Source: an uncultured delta proteobacterium
Lineage (GTDB): Bacteria; Myxococcota_A; Polyangia; Polyangiales; Polyangiaceae
Direction of reading: 5' to 3'
DNA: 64,000 nt
Assembly (NCBI GenBank): GCA_963782055.1
Contig: CAWAIF010000003.1
Location: forward strand, 384,001 to 448,000
Each line of letters opens with the position of its first letter. The stretch's first letter is position 1. Position numbers and translations under genes: made by a program. Below, in pieces: positions 52,859-62,310 of this stretch. The notes under the pieces were generated by a model that saw only the letters and a list, made by a program, of their open reading frames with translations, had not been told where the DNA came from and searched no databases.

Positions 52859-54157
52859 TCACGTCGTCTCGGCCGCGGCGAGCTGGAGCGCGGGGACGAA
52901 GGCGTCGAGCAGCGCCTCGTCGATGGTGAGGGCAGGGGTGAGGGTGAGCACGTCGCCGCGCTCCCCGCCGGTCAGGACGAGCCAGCCGCGGCGCAGCAGG
53001 GCGCGTGTCGTCGCGAGGGCGTGCCGCGCGTCGCGCATGGGGACGCCGACCATGAGGGCGCGGCCGCGCGCGGCGAAGCCGGCGCCGCGCAGCCTCTCCT
53101 GGAAGCGCGCGCCCACCTCCCGCGACCGGGCGAGCAGGCCGAGCTCCTCCACGGCGCGCAGGCACTCGAGCGCGGCGGCGCACGCCGTGGGCCAGCCGAA
53201 GTGTGTGGCGGTGTGGAGCGCGGTGCCGCCGCGTGCGCCCCAGGAGGCCATCACGCGGTCGCGCCCGATGCACGCCGAGACGGGCAGGCCGGCGCCCAGC
53301 GCCTTGCCCACGCAGACCAGGTCCGGCGTCACGCCCGCGTCGGTGCTCGCGAGCCATGCGCCCGCGCGGCCCAGGCCGGTCCAGATCTCGTCGCACACGA
53401 GCAGTGCGCGGTGCTCGTCGCACGCGCGGCGCAGGGCGGCGAGGAAGCCGGGCGGCGGGACGACGCACCCGCCGCGGCCGAGCAGCGGCTCGACGAGCAC
53501 CGCGCCGGAGCCGGCGTCGAGCGCGGCGCTCACCTGCGCGATGCACGCATCGACATCGGTCTCGGGGTACGGCACGAAGGTGACGAAGTCGCCGAGCTGT
53601 CCGGCGAAGGGCGCGCGAAATCCCTCCGAGAGCCCGCACGCGGCGAGCGGCCCGTGGCTGAGCCCGTGGTAGCCGCCGGTGAAGGCCACGACGCGCGATT
53701 TCCCGGTGGCGAGGGCGGCCGTCTTGAGCGCCGCCGTCACCGCGTCCGCGCCGGAGAGGCCGAGCATCACGCGGGCGCCTGGCTCGGGGAGGAGCGCGGC
53801 GAGGCGCTCGCACAGCGCGAGCTTCACGTCGGAGCCATAGACGTCGCCCAGGGCGAGGCCGAGTCTGCGCGCCTGCGCCTCCGCGGCGTCGAGGACGCGG
53901 GTGGGCGCGTGCCCCAGGGCGAGCGCGCCGAACCCGGCGACCAGATCGACGTAGCGGTTACCGTCGGCGTCCCAGACGTTGGAGCCCTCACCGCGCGCGT
54001 AGACGACCGGTGTCTGCTCCGCGCCGGCCACGGCCTCGCGCGCCGCGCGCCGCGCCTCGAACGCGGGGGACTCCACGCGCGCCAGCCGCGCCCCGAGCTC
54101 GCGCGTGCGAGGGCCCGGCGGCGGGACGAGGACCTCCGGCAGCTCCTGCCCGCTCAC
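52859..54157 (-). CDS. class III PLP-dependent aminotransferase
   Basis: WDADGNRYVD, GYHG, VEP, DEIWTGLGRAG, GKALGAG. Confidence 0.92.
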   Translation of the reverse strand: MSGQELPEVLVPPPGPRTRELGARLARVESPAFEARRAAREAVAGAEQTPVVYARGEGSNVWDADGNRYVDLVAGFGALALGHAPTRVLDAAEAQARRLGLALGDVYGSDVKLALCERLAALLPEPGARVMLGLSGADAVTAALKTAALATGKSRVVAFTGGYHGLSHGPLAACGLSEGFRAPFAGQLGDFVTFVPYPETDVDACIAQVSAALDAGSGAVLVEPLLGRGGCVVPPPGFLAALRRACDEHRALLVCDEIWTGLGRAGAWLASTDAGVTPDLVCVGKALGAGLPVSACIGRDRVMASWGARGGTALHTATHFGWPTACAAALECLRAVEELGLLARSREVGARFQERLRGAGFAARGRALMVGVPMRDARHALATTRALLRRGWLVLTGGERGDVLTLTPALTIDEALLDAFVPALQLAAAETT

Positions 54158-55059
54158 GCCACGACGCGATTGCGGCCGCCGCGCTTGGCGTCGTACAGCC
54201 GCTCGTCCGCGCGCTTGATGAGGTCCATGCTCGTCTTGTCGGAGTCCGCCAGCATGGCCACGCCGATGGAGATGGTCACCTTGATGAGCTCGTTCTGGAA
54301 GACGAAGCGGGAGGTCTCCACCTTGTCGCGCAGGCCCTCGGCCAGGGCGCGGGCGCCCTCCAGGTTCGTCTCCGGCAGGACGATGGCGAACTCCTCGCCG
54401 CCGTAGCGGGCGAAGACCTCGTCGCGGCGGATGCGCCCCTGCACGATGCGCGCGAGCTCCTTGAGCACGAAATCGCCTGCCAGGTGGCCGTGGTAGTCGT
54501 TGATCTTCTTGAAGTGATCGATGTCGAACATCAAAAAGGACAGATCGCGCACGTGGCGGCGCGCGCGGACGATCTCCTTCTCCAGCGACTCGAGCAGGTA
54601 GCGCTTCACGTGCGCCTGCGTCAGGCCGTCGATGATCGTCATCCGGTAGATCTCTTCGTGGTACTGGGCCTCCACGTCCTGACCGGACAGGTACTTGAAG
54701 ATCGTCGGGCCGACCTTGATGCGGTCGCCGTTGGACAGCGGCTGCTCGCGGACGATCTGGTCGTCGTTGACGTAGGTGCCGTTGGTGGAGTTGTCGTCCA
54801 CGGCCCACCAGGTGGTGTTGCGCTGCTCGAAGTGGCAGTGCTTCCGGGAGACCGAGTCGCCCTCCAGCACGACGTGGTTCTCCGCCCCGCGGCCGACGCG
54901 CATGGGGCTGTTGTCGAGGACGAAGCGCTTGCCCAGGAGCGTGGGCTCCTTGGTGTAGATCACGACCAGACAGTCACCCCCCGGGGGACGGCCATCGCCC
55001 TCGCCCAGAGGCTTCTGTACGATGGTGGTGACGCGTGTCTTCTCGTCGGTTTCCGTCAC
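54154..55059 (-). CDS. FHA-domain diguanylate cyclase
   Basis: FHA motifs VGR, SRKH, STNGT; DGLT, DIDHFKKIND, GHLAGD, RYGGEEF. Confidence 0.95.
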   Translation of the reverse strand: MTETDEKTRVTTIVQKPLGEGDGRPPGGDCLVVIYTKEPTLLGKRFVLDNSPMRVGRGAENHVVLEGDSVSRKHCHFEQRNTTWWAVDDNSTNGTYVNDDQIVREQPLSNGDRIKVGPTIFKYLSGQDVEAQYHEEIYRMTIIDGLTQAHVKRYLLESLEKEIVRARRHVRDLSFLMFDIDHFKKINDYHGHLAGDFVLKELARIVQGRIRRDEVFARYGGEEFAIVLPETNLEGARALAEGLRDKVETSRFVFQNELIKVTISIGVAMLADSDKTSMDLIKRADERLYDAKRGGRNRVVA

Positions 55060-55210
55060 GGACCCGCCTCCGAAGCGCGCCCCACCCACGTCTCGGGCCT
55101 AGTCGTGTCGTACACGCGGATGGGGATCACCATGATGGGACGGAGAAATGGCTCGCGGTCTCCCCGGAAGGTAACAGAATCGGCCCATCACCGCGAGCCT
55201 GGCGGGTCGC

Positions 55211-56227
55211 TCAGCCTGCCAGCCGGGCGAGCAGATCACCCGGCAGGTCCAGGCGGTAGTCGATGACGCCCAGGGGGGCTCCGGCCCCGCCGATGGGGGG
55301 GGTGCTGACGATCGGCTGGCGGTGCAGGCTGCACTTGTGGGTCGCCAGCCAGAGCTCCACGTCCAGGGCGGATGACGGCGGCCGCGGCAGCGGACCGTGG
55401 TCGGGCCCGCGCAGGTGGACGGCGGGCCGCACGCCGTGGGCGGCGAGGGCCGCCAGGACGCGCTCGGGGTGTGCCAGCGCCGTCAGGAGGCCGACGCGCC
55501 TGCCCGCCAGCCGGTCGAGCGGCAGCACCTCGCCGTTCACCCGGACTCCGCCCACCCGGGCCGAGGCACGGAAGACCGGCTTCCCGTCGAAGGCGGTGGC
55601 GTCCGGCGGACCGCCAGCGTCAGTCGAGCCGCCGACGACCACCACCGCGTCGCACGCCGCGAGCAGGTCCGGGCTGGGTGCTCGCAGGTCCCCGCGCGGA
55701 GGGCACGCGCCGGAGCCCCACGGGGCGTGCGGGTCGACCGCGAGGAGGGACAGCGCCGCCCGCCGGGGAGCGAGCTGAAGCGGCCCGTCGAGCACCAGCG
55801 TGTCGGCGAGCCCCGCGGCGAGCTCCACGGCGGACTGGCGCGTGGGACCGACGACGACCACGGCGGAGCTGTCCGCCAGCCGCTGCGCGCACTCGAGCGC
55901 CTCGTCGCCATGGACGGTCACGCTGCCGTCGGGCGGCACGACCTGGGCGAAGGCGGGCGCGGCGCGGTGCGCGTGGCCCACCAGCGCGACTCTGGTGCTG
56001 CCGGACGCGAGGGCGGCGGCGCACGCGACGGCGAGCGGGGTCTTGCCCGAACCGCCGAGGGTTGCCCCGCCGATGCACACGACGCGCACGCCCGGCGGGA
56101 CGCGCAGCGGGCGAACGGGCCGGGAGGCCCGGGCCCAGCCCTGCTCGAGCAGGCGCCAGACGACACCGTCGGGCGGCGGGCCCTCCACGCGCTGCTGGAG
56201 CCACGAACGAAGGGTGTCGGTCACCAT
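55211..56227 (-). CDS. lpxK: tetraacyldisaccharide 4'-kinase (divergent)
   Basis: VVCIGGATLGGSGKTP, GDEA, PRGDLR, LTALAHPE, PDH. Confidence 0.8.
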   Translation of the reverse strand: MVTDTLRSWLQQRVEGPPPDGVVWRLLEQGWARASRPVRPLRVPPGVRVVCIGGATLGGSGKTPLAVACAAALASGSTRVALVGHAHRAAPAFAQVVPPDGSVTVHGDEALECAQRLADSSAVVVVGPTRQSAVELAAGLADTLVLDGPLQLAPRRAALSLLAVDPHAPWGSGACPPRGDLRAPSPDLLAACDAVVVVGGSTDAGGPPDATAFDGKPVFRASARVGGVRVNGEVLPLDRLAGRRVGLLTALAHPERVLAALAAHGVRPAVHLRGPDHGPLPRPPSSALDVELWLATHKCSLHRQPIVSTPPIGGAGAPLGVIDYRLDLPGDLLARLAG

Positions 56228-56379
56228 GGTCCCGGACGCCCGATCGTTAGCATGCTTGCGTTCGGGGGTGCGCGGCCCGCGCAGGGGCGCCGGTTCAGGG
56301 GGCGTCGCGCCGATCGTTGGCATGCTCACGATCGGGTATCCTCCTGCCCCCGGGCCTGCACGACCCGCCCCGTCGCCCC

Positions 56380-57567
56380 ATGCAACTCGACGCCATCTGG
56401 CTCACGCGCCGGCAGATCGAGCGCGACCGCCAGCGCACCACCCGGCTCCCCGGCCTGTTCGCCCACAAGATGAACAGGATGTGCGCCTCGCCGCTCGCCT
56501 TCCTGCGCGGGGCGGCGCCGCTCTTCTACGAGGCGCTGGAGGCCGCGCCGGAGCTCGCCGAGGGCCCGGAAGGGGAGGGGTGGATCGTCGGCGACCTCCA
56601 CATGGAGAACTTCGGGGCCTTCCGCGCCACCGGCTCCCGCGAGCGCGAGGACGAGGCGGAGGTGGTCTTCGACCTGAACGACTTCGACGACTGCCTCGTC
56701 GGCCCGTGGCGCCTGGACCTGCTGCGCCTCACCACCAGCCTGGTCCTCGCCGGCCGCGACCTGGGCTCCGACGGCCGGACCACCCTCGCGCTCTGCGACG
56801 AGCTCCTCGGCTCGTACGCGTCGCACGTGTGGCGGCCGCGCGCGCTGCCGCCTCCGCCGGGCTGCGTGGAGTCGCTCGTGGAGAGCGTGTCCGGGCGGAC
56901 GCGCAAGGAGCTGCTGGAGGCGCGCACGCGCGTCGTCAGCGGGGACCGGAAGCTGGCGCGCGGCCCGCGCTACGCGGACCTCCCGGGGGACCTGGCGCGC
57001 GCGGTGCCCGCCGCGTTCGAGGAGTACGTGCGCCTCATCGACCCGAAGGGAGATCCGTCGCACTACGTCATCGAGGACATGGCGTACCGGGTGGCGGGTA
57101 CCGGCAGCCTGGGCTGCCTGCGCGTGGCGGTGCTCACGCGCGGCAAGGGGGGGCCGAGCGGACACTGGATCTTCGACATGAAGGAGCAGGGCGCCCCCTC
57201 CGCGGCCAGGCTGGTGCCCATCCCCCGGATGAACGGCGCGGAGCGCGCGGTGACGGGGATGCGGGCGTGCATCCCTCGCGTCCCGCAGAAGCTCGGCACG
57301 ACCAGCCTCGCGGGCCTCCCGATGATGGTGAGGCGCCTGGCGCCGCAGGAGGACAAGCTGGACCTCCGGCGGATCGAGGCGGCGCAGCTCCCCGACCTCG
57401 CGCGCTACCTGGGTGCGATCGTCGGGTGCGCCCACGCGCGGGGCGCGAGCAAACCCCTCACGATGGCGTGGTCCGACGGCGATCGCCGTCACCTGGTGGA
57501 TCGCGCGACGCGGCTCGCGGGGCTTCACGAGGCGGCCTACCTCGCGCTCTGCCAGCTCACCCGGTGA
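56380..57567 (+). CDS. DUF2252 family protein
   Basis: MCASPLAFLRG, GDLHMENFG, FDLNDFDD, RVAGTGSLG. Confidence 0.88.
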   Translation: MQLDAIWLTRRQIERDRQRTTRLPGLFAHKMNRMCASPLAFLRGAAPLFYEALEAAPELAEGPEGEGWIVGDLHMENFGAFRATGSREREDEAEVVFDLNDFDDCLVGPWRLDLLRLTTSLVLAGRDLGSDGRTTLALCDELLGSYASHVWRPRALPPPPGCVESLVESVSGRTRKELLEARTRVVSGDRKLARGPRYADLPGDLARAVPAAFEEYVRLIDPKGDPSHYVIEDMAYRVAGTGSLGCLRVAVLTRGKGGPSGHWIFDMKEQGAPSAARLVPIPRMNGAERAVTGMRACIPRVPQKLGTTSLAGLPMMVRRLAPQEDKLDLRRIEAAQLPDLARYLGAIVGCAHARGASKPLTMAWSDGDRRHLVDRATRLAGLHEAAYLALCQLTR

Positions 57568-57571
57568 GCGC

Positions 57572-58240
57572 GTGGCCACCCGGGAAGAGAGCCGCCGCTT
57601 CTTCGACGCGATCGCGCGGCGCTACGATCGCGTCTACGGGCTGGAGCGCGACGCCTCGCGCGCGCGGATGGGGCGCATCCTGGAGCTGCTGGGCCCCGAG
57701 CCGCGCGAGGTGCTCGACCTGGGCATCGGTCCGGGGCGTGAGCTACCCGCGCTGCTCGACGCCGGTCATGGCGTGGTCGGTCTGGACCTGTCGCCGGAGA
57801 TGGTCGCGCTCTGCCATCGTCGCGCGCGGACCGTTCCCATCACCCTCGGCGACATGTACGCCCCGCTGCCCTTCGACGCCGGCGCGTTCGACGCGGTGCT
57901 GGCGCTGCACGGCACGCTCTCCCACCCGCCCGGCGAGGACGCGCTCGGGCGGCTGGCGGCGGAGCTGCGGCGCGTGCTGCGGCCGGGCGGGCTCCTCGTC
58001 GCCGAGGTGCCCTCGCCCGGGTGGGTGGCTTCCCTGGGCGAGGGCGACGCAGCCGGAGACCGGGCGCTGCGCCGCGTCGGGCCGGGCGCGGCCTGGTACG
58101 AGGACCGCGTGGTGTCCGCCGGCATCACCGTCCAGGTGCTCGAGGAGCCGGCGTGGCGCGCCGCGCTGGGCGATCACCTCGACGTCGCCTTCGAGCGCGT
58201 CGACCAGGACGAGGTACGCATCGTGGCGCGGCGGCGCTAA
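57572..58240 (+). CDS. class I SAM-dependent methyltransferase
   Basis: FDAIARRYD, VLDLGIGPG, GLDLSPEM, LPFDAGAFD, RVLRPGG. Confidence 0.9.
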   Translation: MATREESRRFFDAIARRYDRVYGLERDASRARMGRILELLGPEPREVLDLGIGPGRELPALLDAGHGVVGLDLSPEMVALCHRRARTVPITLGDMYAPLPFDAGAFDAVLALHGTLSHPPGEDALGRLAAELRRVLRPGGLLVAEVPSPGWVASLGEGDAAGDRALRRVGPGAAWYEDRVVSAGITVQVLEEPAWRAALGDHLDVAFERVDQDEVRIVARRR

Positions 58241-58249
58241 GGTGTCGTC

Positions 58250-59578
58250 GTGAAGTCGTCCCGCGCTCGCCTCGTGCTCGCGGCCCTCGCTGCGGCAACC
58301 CTCCTCGCCGCGCCCGCCGCGCGGGCGAACGGCCGGATCCCCGAGGCCAACCAGCTCGTCTTCTCTCCCGACGACGCCAACCTGATGGTCCTGCGCGTCA
58401 CCTTCGGGCTGCTCGTCACCCACGACGCGGGCAAGACCTGGGACTGGGTGTGCGAGTCGGCGGCCGGGTACGGCAGAAACCAGAACGAGGATCCCGCGGT
58501 GGCGCTCCTGGCGAAGGGCAACCTCGCCCTCGCCACGGTGGAGGGACTGCTCGGCTCGCCCGACACCGGGTGCTCGTGGACGAGCTTCGACGAGCGCATC
58601 TTCATCGACGACGCCACGTCGCCGGATGATCCCAGCGTCGCCGTCGCCCTGACGAACAGCTACAAGTCGACCGACGACGCCGGCGTCCCCAGCTACGACT
58701 CGGTCGTCATGCGGACCCAGAACGCGGGCGGCTCGTGGGCGCCCTCGGGCGTGGCGCTCGATCCGACGCTCGTGCTCGACACGATCGACCTGGCCAGGGG
58801 CGATCCGCAGCGCATCTACGTCAGCGGCAAGACCTTCGGCGCGCCGACGCAGGCGTTTTTGCTGGTGTCGACGGACGGCGGCCAGTCCTACACGCCGCGG
58901 ACCATCCCGCTCGCCGCGGGGGAGCACGGCGCGTACATCGCGGCGGTCGACCCGAACGTCGAGGATTGCGTCTACGTCCGCACGCTCGGCGACGGCGACG
59001 CCGGCCCCACCTCCAGCGTCAGCCGCCTGCTCGTCACCGACGACGCCGGCAAGACGTGGAACGAGCGGTGGAGCGGCGGCAAGATGCTCGGCTTCGCCCT
59101 CTCCCCCGACGGCTCGCGTGTCTGGCTGGGCGGGCCGTCGGACGGCCTGCAGTCGGCGAGCACGTCCGACTTCGCCTTCACCAAGCGCGCGGACTTCGCG
59201 GTGCAGTGCCTGACCGCGAGCGCCACCACCCTGTACGCCTGCTCCAACGAGGCGTCGGCGGGGTTCGTGCTGGGCGCCTCCACCGACGGGGGCGACACCT
59301 TCACGCCGATGCTCACGCTCGCCGGCATCCACGGGCCCATCGCCTGCTCCGACGGTACTCCCGGCGCCCAGTGCGCGAAGGAGTGGCCCGCGCAGGCTGC
59401 GTCGCTGGGCATCACCATCGACGCGGGAGCCAGCCAGGACGGCGGCACCGTGCCTCCCCCGCCCTCCGACAGCGGGTGCGGGTGCAGCGTGGGGGACCGG
59501 CGCACCTCCGCGCTCTCCCTCGGGGCCGGCCTCCTCGTCGTCCTGGGCCTCTGGTGGCGGCGGCGCGTCGCTCGCTGA
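58250..59578 (+). CDS. BNR/Asp-box beta-propeller protein with MYXO-CTERM-type sorting signal
   Basis: THDAGKTW, STDGGQSY, TDDAGKTW, STDGGDTF; C-terminal SGCGCSV, TM helix and RRR. Confidence 0.82.
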   Translation: MKSSRARLVLAALAAATLLAAPAARANGRIPEANQLVFSPDDANLMVLRVTFGLLVTHDAGKTWDWVCESAAGYGRNQNEDPAVALLAKGNLALATVEGLLGSPDTGCSWTSFDERIFIDDATSPDDPSVAVALTNSYKSTDDAGVPSYDSVVMRTQNAGGSWAPSGVALDPTLVLDTIDLARGDPQRIYVSGKTFGAPTQAFLLVSTDGGQSYTPRTIPLAAGEHGAYIAAVDPNVEDCVYVRTLGDGDAGPTSSVSRLLVTDDAGKTWNERWSGGKMLGFALSPDGSRVWLGGPSDGLQSASTSDFAFTKRADFAVQCLTASATTLYACSNEASAGFVLGASTDGGDTFTPMLTLAGIHGPIACSDGTPGAQCAKEWPAQAASLGITIDAGASQDGGTVPPPPSDSGCGCSVGDRRTSALSLGAGLLVVLGLWWRRRVAR

Positions 59579-59587
59579 GCAGCCCTC

Positions 59588-60898
59588 TCAGACCTCGAAG
59601 TCCGCCTTCTCCAGGATCTCCCCCACCCGCCACAGGAAGGCGTTCGCCTGGACGCCGTCCACCACGCGGTGGTCGTAGGAGAGCGCCATGTACATGACCG
59701 GGTGGATCGCCATCTGGTCCTCGCCCTCGGGCGACTCGACGACGACGACGCGCTTCTGGATCTCGCCCATCCGCAGGATGCCGACGTTCGGCTGGTTGAT
59801 GATGGCGCCGCCGAAGAGGTTGCCCTTGAGGCCGGGGTTGGACACGCTGAAGGTCGCGCCGCTCAGGTCGTCGATGGTGATCTTGCCGCTCTTGGCGCGC
59901 TTGGCGAGATCGTCGATGGCCCGGACGATGCCGCGCACGCCGAGCTCGTCGGCGCGCCGGACGACCGGCACCACCAGCCCGTCCGGGGAGTCCACCGCCA
60001 CGCCGATGTTGATGTCGCCGAAGATGACGTACGAGTCGTCCAGCACGCGGGCGTTGAGGGCCGAGTTCTCGCGGAGGGCGCGCGCGGCGGCGACGACGAC
60101 GAAGGCGAGCATGGTCAGCGGGTGGCCCTCCTTCTTGTAGTGCTCCTTGTGCGCTTCCCGGAGGCGCGAGGCCTTGTGCAGGTCCACCTCCGCCACCGTC
60201 ACGACGTGCGGCGAGGCGAACTTGGAGTACGTCATGTGGTCCGCGGTGAGGCGGCGCCGGCGGGTGAAGGGGATGACCTTGTCGCCCTCGCTCGGGCGGT
60301 AGGCGGGGACCTTGAACGCGCCGTAGCCCTGGCCGGGGATGGGGGGCACGAAGCCGCCGCCGGCGTTCACGAGCTGCGCGATCTGGGCCGCGGGGCGCGC
60401 GGCCGCCGGGGCGGGCGCGGGGGGAGGCGCGGCGGGCGCGCGGGCCGCCAGGACGTCGTTGCGGGTGATGCGCCCGCGATCTCCGGTGCCCTGGACGCCG
60501 GCGAGGTCGACGCCTCGCTCGAGCGCCTCCTTGCGAACGGACGGCGCCGCGATGGGCCGCCCGCCGGATACCTGCCCTGCGTTGCCGCCGGCCGGTCGAT
60601 CGTTGGCTTGCTCACGATCGCGCTCCGGGGCCGGCGCGGGGGCGGCGGCACTGGCCGAGGCCCCCTCCTCGATCTGCGCCACCACCGTCTTGACCGCGAC
60701 GACGTCCCCTTCCTTGGCCAGGAGCCTCGCCACCCGCCCCGCGGAGGGCGCGAACACGTCGGCGTCGGCCTTGTCGGTGGACACGGTGAGCAGTGGCTGG
60801 TCCTTCTTGACCACGTCGCCTTCGCGAACGAGCCACTTGCTGATGGTGCCCTCCGTCACGCTCTCGCCGAGCTGCGGAAGGCTGACGTCGATGATCAT
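59588..60898 (-). CDS. 2-oxo-acid dehydrogenase E2 (dihydrolipoamide acyltransferase)
   Basis: Lipoyl domain LGESVTEG...TDKAD; E3-binding GTGDRGRITRND; catalytic SYDHRVVDG. Confidence 0.93.
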   Translation of the reverse strand: MIIDVSLPQLGESVTEGTISKWLVREGDVVKKDQPLLTVSTDKADADVFAPSAGRVARLLAKEGDVVAVKTVVAQIEEGASASAAAPAPAPERDREQANDRPAGGNAGQVSGGRPIAAPSVRKEALERGVDLAGVQGTGDRGRITRNDVLAARAPAAPPPAPAPAAARPAAQIAQLVNAGGGFVPPIPGQGYGAFKVPAYRPSEGDKVIPFTRRRRLTADHMTYSKFASPHVVTVAEVDLHKASRLREAHKEHYKKEGHPLTMLAFVVVAAARALRENSALNARVLDDSYVIFGDINIGVAVDSPDGLVVPVVRRADELGVRGIVRAIDDLAKRAKSGKITIDDLSGATFSVSNPGLKGNLFGGAIINQPNVGILRMGEIQKRVVVVESPEGEDQMAIHPVMYMALSYDHRVVDGVQANAFLWRVGEILEKADFEV

Positions 60899-60975
60899 GG
60901 CCGATCTTCTCCGGATCCTTGGGGAAAAGGCGGCACTTTCATACGCTCCCCGGCGCGGGTTCGCAACGGGCGCGC

Positions 60976-62310
60976 TCATGCCGGGCGCCGGAAGCCCGCG
61001 AGAAAATAGCCGTTGGTGCCGTGAACGTAGGGCAGAAGGCGCAGGGTGACACCCCCCGCGGCGATCCCGTCGACGGCGGCGCCGGCGAAGGGGGCGGCGA
61101 TCATCTCCGGCGTGGCGGCCAGGAAGGCCTGAACCACGTCCTCCGCCTCCTCGCGCAGGACGCTGCACACGGCGTAGACCAGCCGCCCCCCCGGGCGCAC
61201 GCGAGAGGCTGCCGCGCCGAGGATGGCGAGCTGCGTCCTCGCGAGGGCGGCGAGGCCGGCGTCCTCCCGCCGCAGCAGCAGGTCGGGGCGGCGGCGGATG
61301 GTGCCCACTCCGGAGCACGGCGCGTCGACGAGCACGGCGTCGTAGGCGCCGGTGACGTCGCCGCAGCCGACGGTCCAGTCGACGGCGAAGGTGGCGCGCG
61401 GGGCCACGCCCAGCCGCGACGCCTCCTCCTTCAGGCGCCGGAGCTTGGATTCGTGGAGGTCGCACGCGTCAACGGTGGCGCCGGCGTCGAGCAGCGCGAG
61501 GGTCTTGTTGCCGCGGCCCGCGCAGGCGTCGAGCACGGTCTCGCCCGGGCGCGCCCCCACCGACGCGGCGACGAGCTGCGAGCCTTCTTCCTGGATGACC
61601 AGCGCCCCCGCGGCCACTCCCGGGAGCCCCTGCGGCCCCTCGCCGCCGATCGTTGGCATGCCAACGTTCGCCTTTCCGGTGCCCCTCGCCAGGATGGCCG
61701 CCGGCCCGGCCCGGCCGGCCTCCACCTCCGCCCCCGCCGTCCGGAGCGCCGCCACCCATTCTTCCCGCGTGCCGCGCCGCACTCGCAGTCCGAGCGGCGG
61801 TGGCTCGTGCTCCGCGAGAAACCGCGCGGCCCCCTCCGCGCCGAGCGCCCGCTCCAGCCCCGCCCGCAGCCACTCCGGACACGACGCGGCGACCGCCTCG
61901 GCGTAGGAGGGCTCGCCCTTCTCCCGGACGAGCCGCCGCAGCACCGCGTTGGCGAAGCCCGCCACCTGCGCGCCGGCGATCGCCCGCACCGCCCCCACGC
62001 AGGCGTCCACCGCCGCGAAGGGCGGCACGCGCAGGAAGTAGACCTGGTAGGCGGCGAGGACCATGTGCGCGCGCACCCGGGGGTGAAGCTTCGCCACGGG
62101 CTTCTTCGCGCGCTCGTCCAGGCGCGCCTCCAGCCACGGCAGCGCCCGCAGCGCCCCGTACACCAGCTCCGTCGCGAAGCCGCGGTCGCGCGCGTCGAGC
62201 TGCGGCGAGCGGGCGATCTCCGCGTCCAGCGCCGCCGCGGCGAAGGCGCCGCCGGTGAGCACCCGCACGAGCGTCTGCGCGGCCACCCCGCGCGCCGTCG
62301 GACCGGTCAC
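60976..62310 (-). CDS. rsmB: 16S rRNA m5C967 methyltransferase (NusB-like plus RsmB/NOP domain)
   Basis: ELVYGALR, FANAVLR, QEEGSQ, LDACAGRGNKT, DAPCSG, YAVCS. Confidence 0.88.
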   Translation of the reverse strand: MTGPTARGVAAQTLVRVLTGGAFAAAALDAEIARSPQLDARDRGFATELVYGALRALPWLEARLDERAKKPVAKLHPRVRAHMVLAAYQVYFLRVPPFAAVDACVGAVRAIAGAQVAGFANAVLRRLVREKGEPSYAEAVAASCPEWLRAGLERALGAEGAARFLAEHEPPPLGLRVRRGTREEWVAALRTAGAEVEAGRAGPAAILARGTGKANVGMPTIGGEGPQGLPGVAAGALVIQEEGSQLVAASVGARPGETVLDACAGRGNKTLALLDAGATVDACDLHESKLRRLKEEASRLGVAPRATFAVDWTVGCGDVTGAYDAVLVDAPCSGVGTIRRRPDLLLRREDAGLAALARTQLAILGAAASRVRPGGRLVYAVCSVLREEAEDVVQAFLAATPEMIAAPFAGAAVDGIAAGGVTLRLLPYVHGTNGYFLAGFRRPA

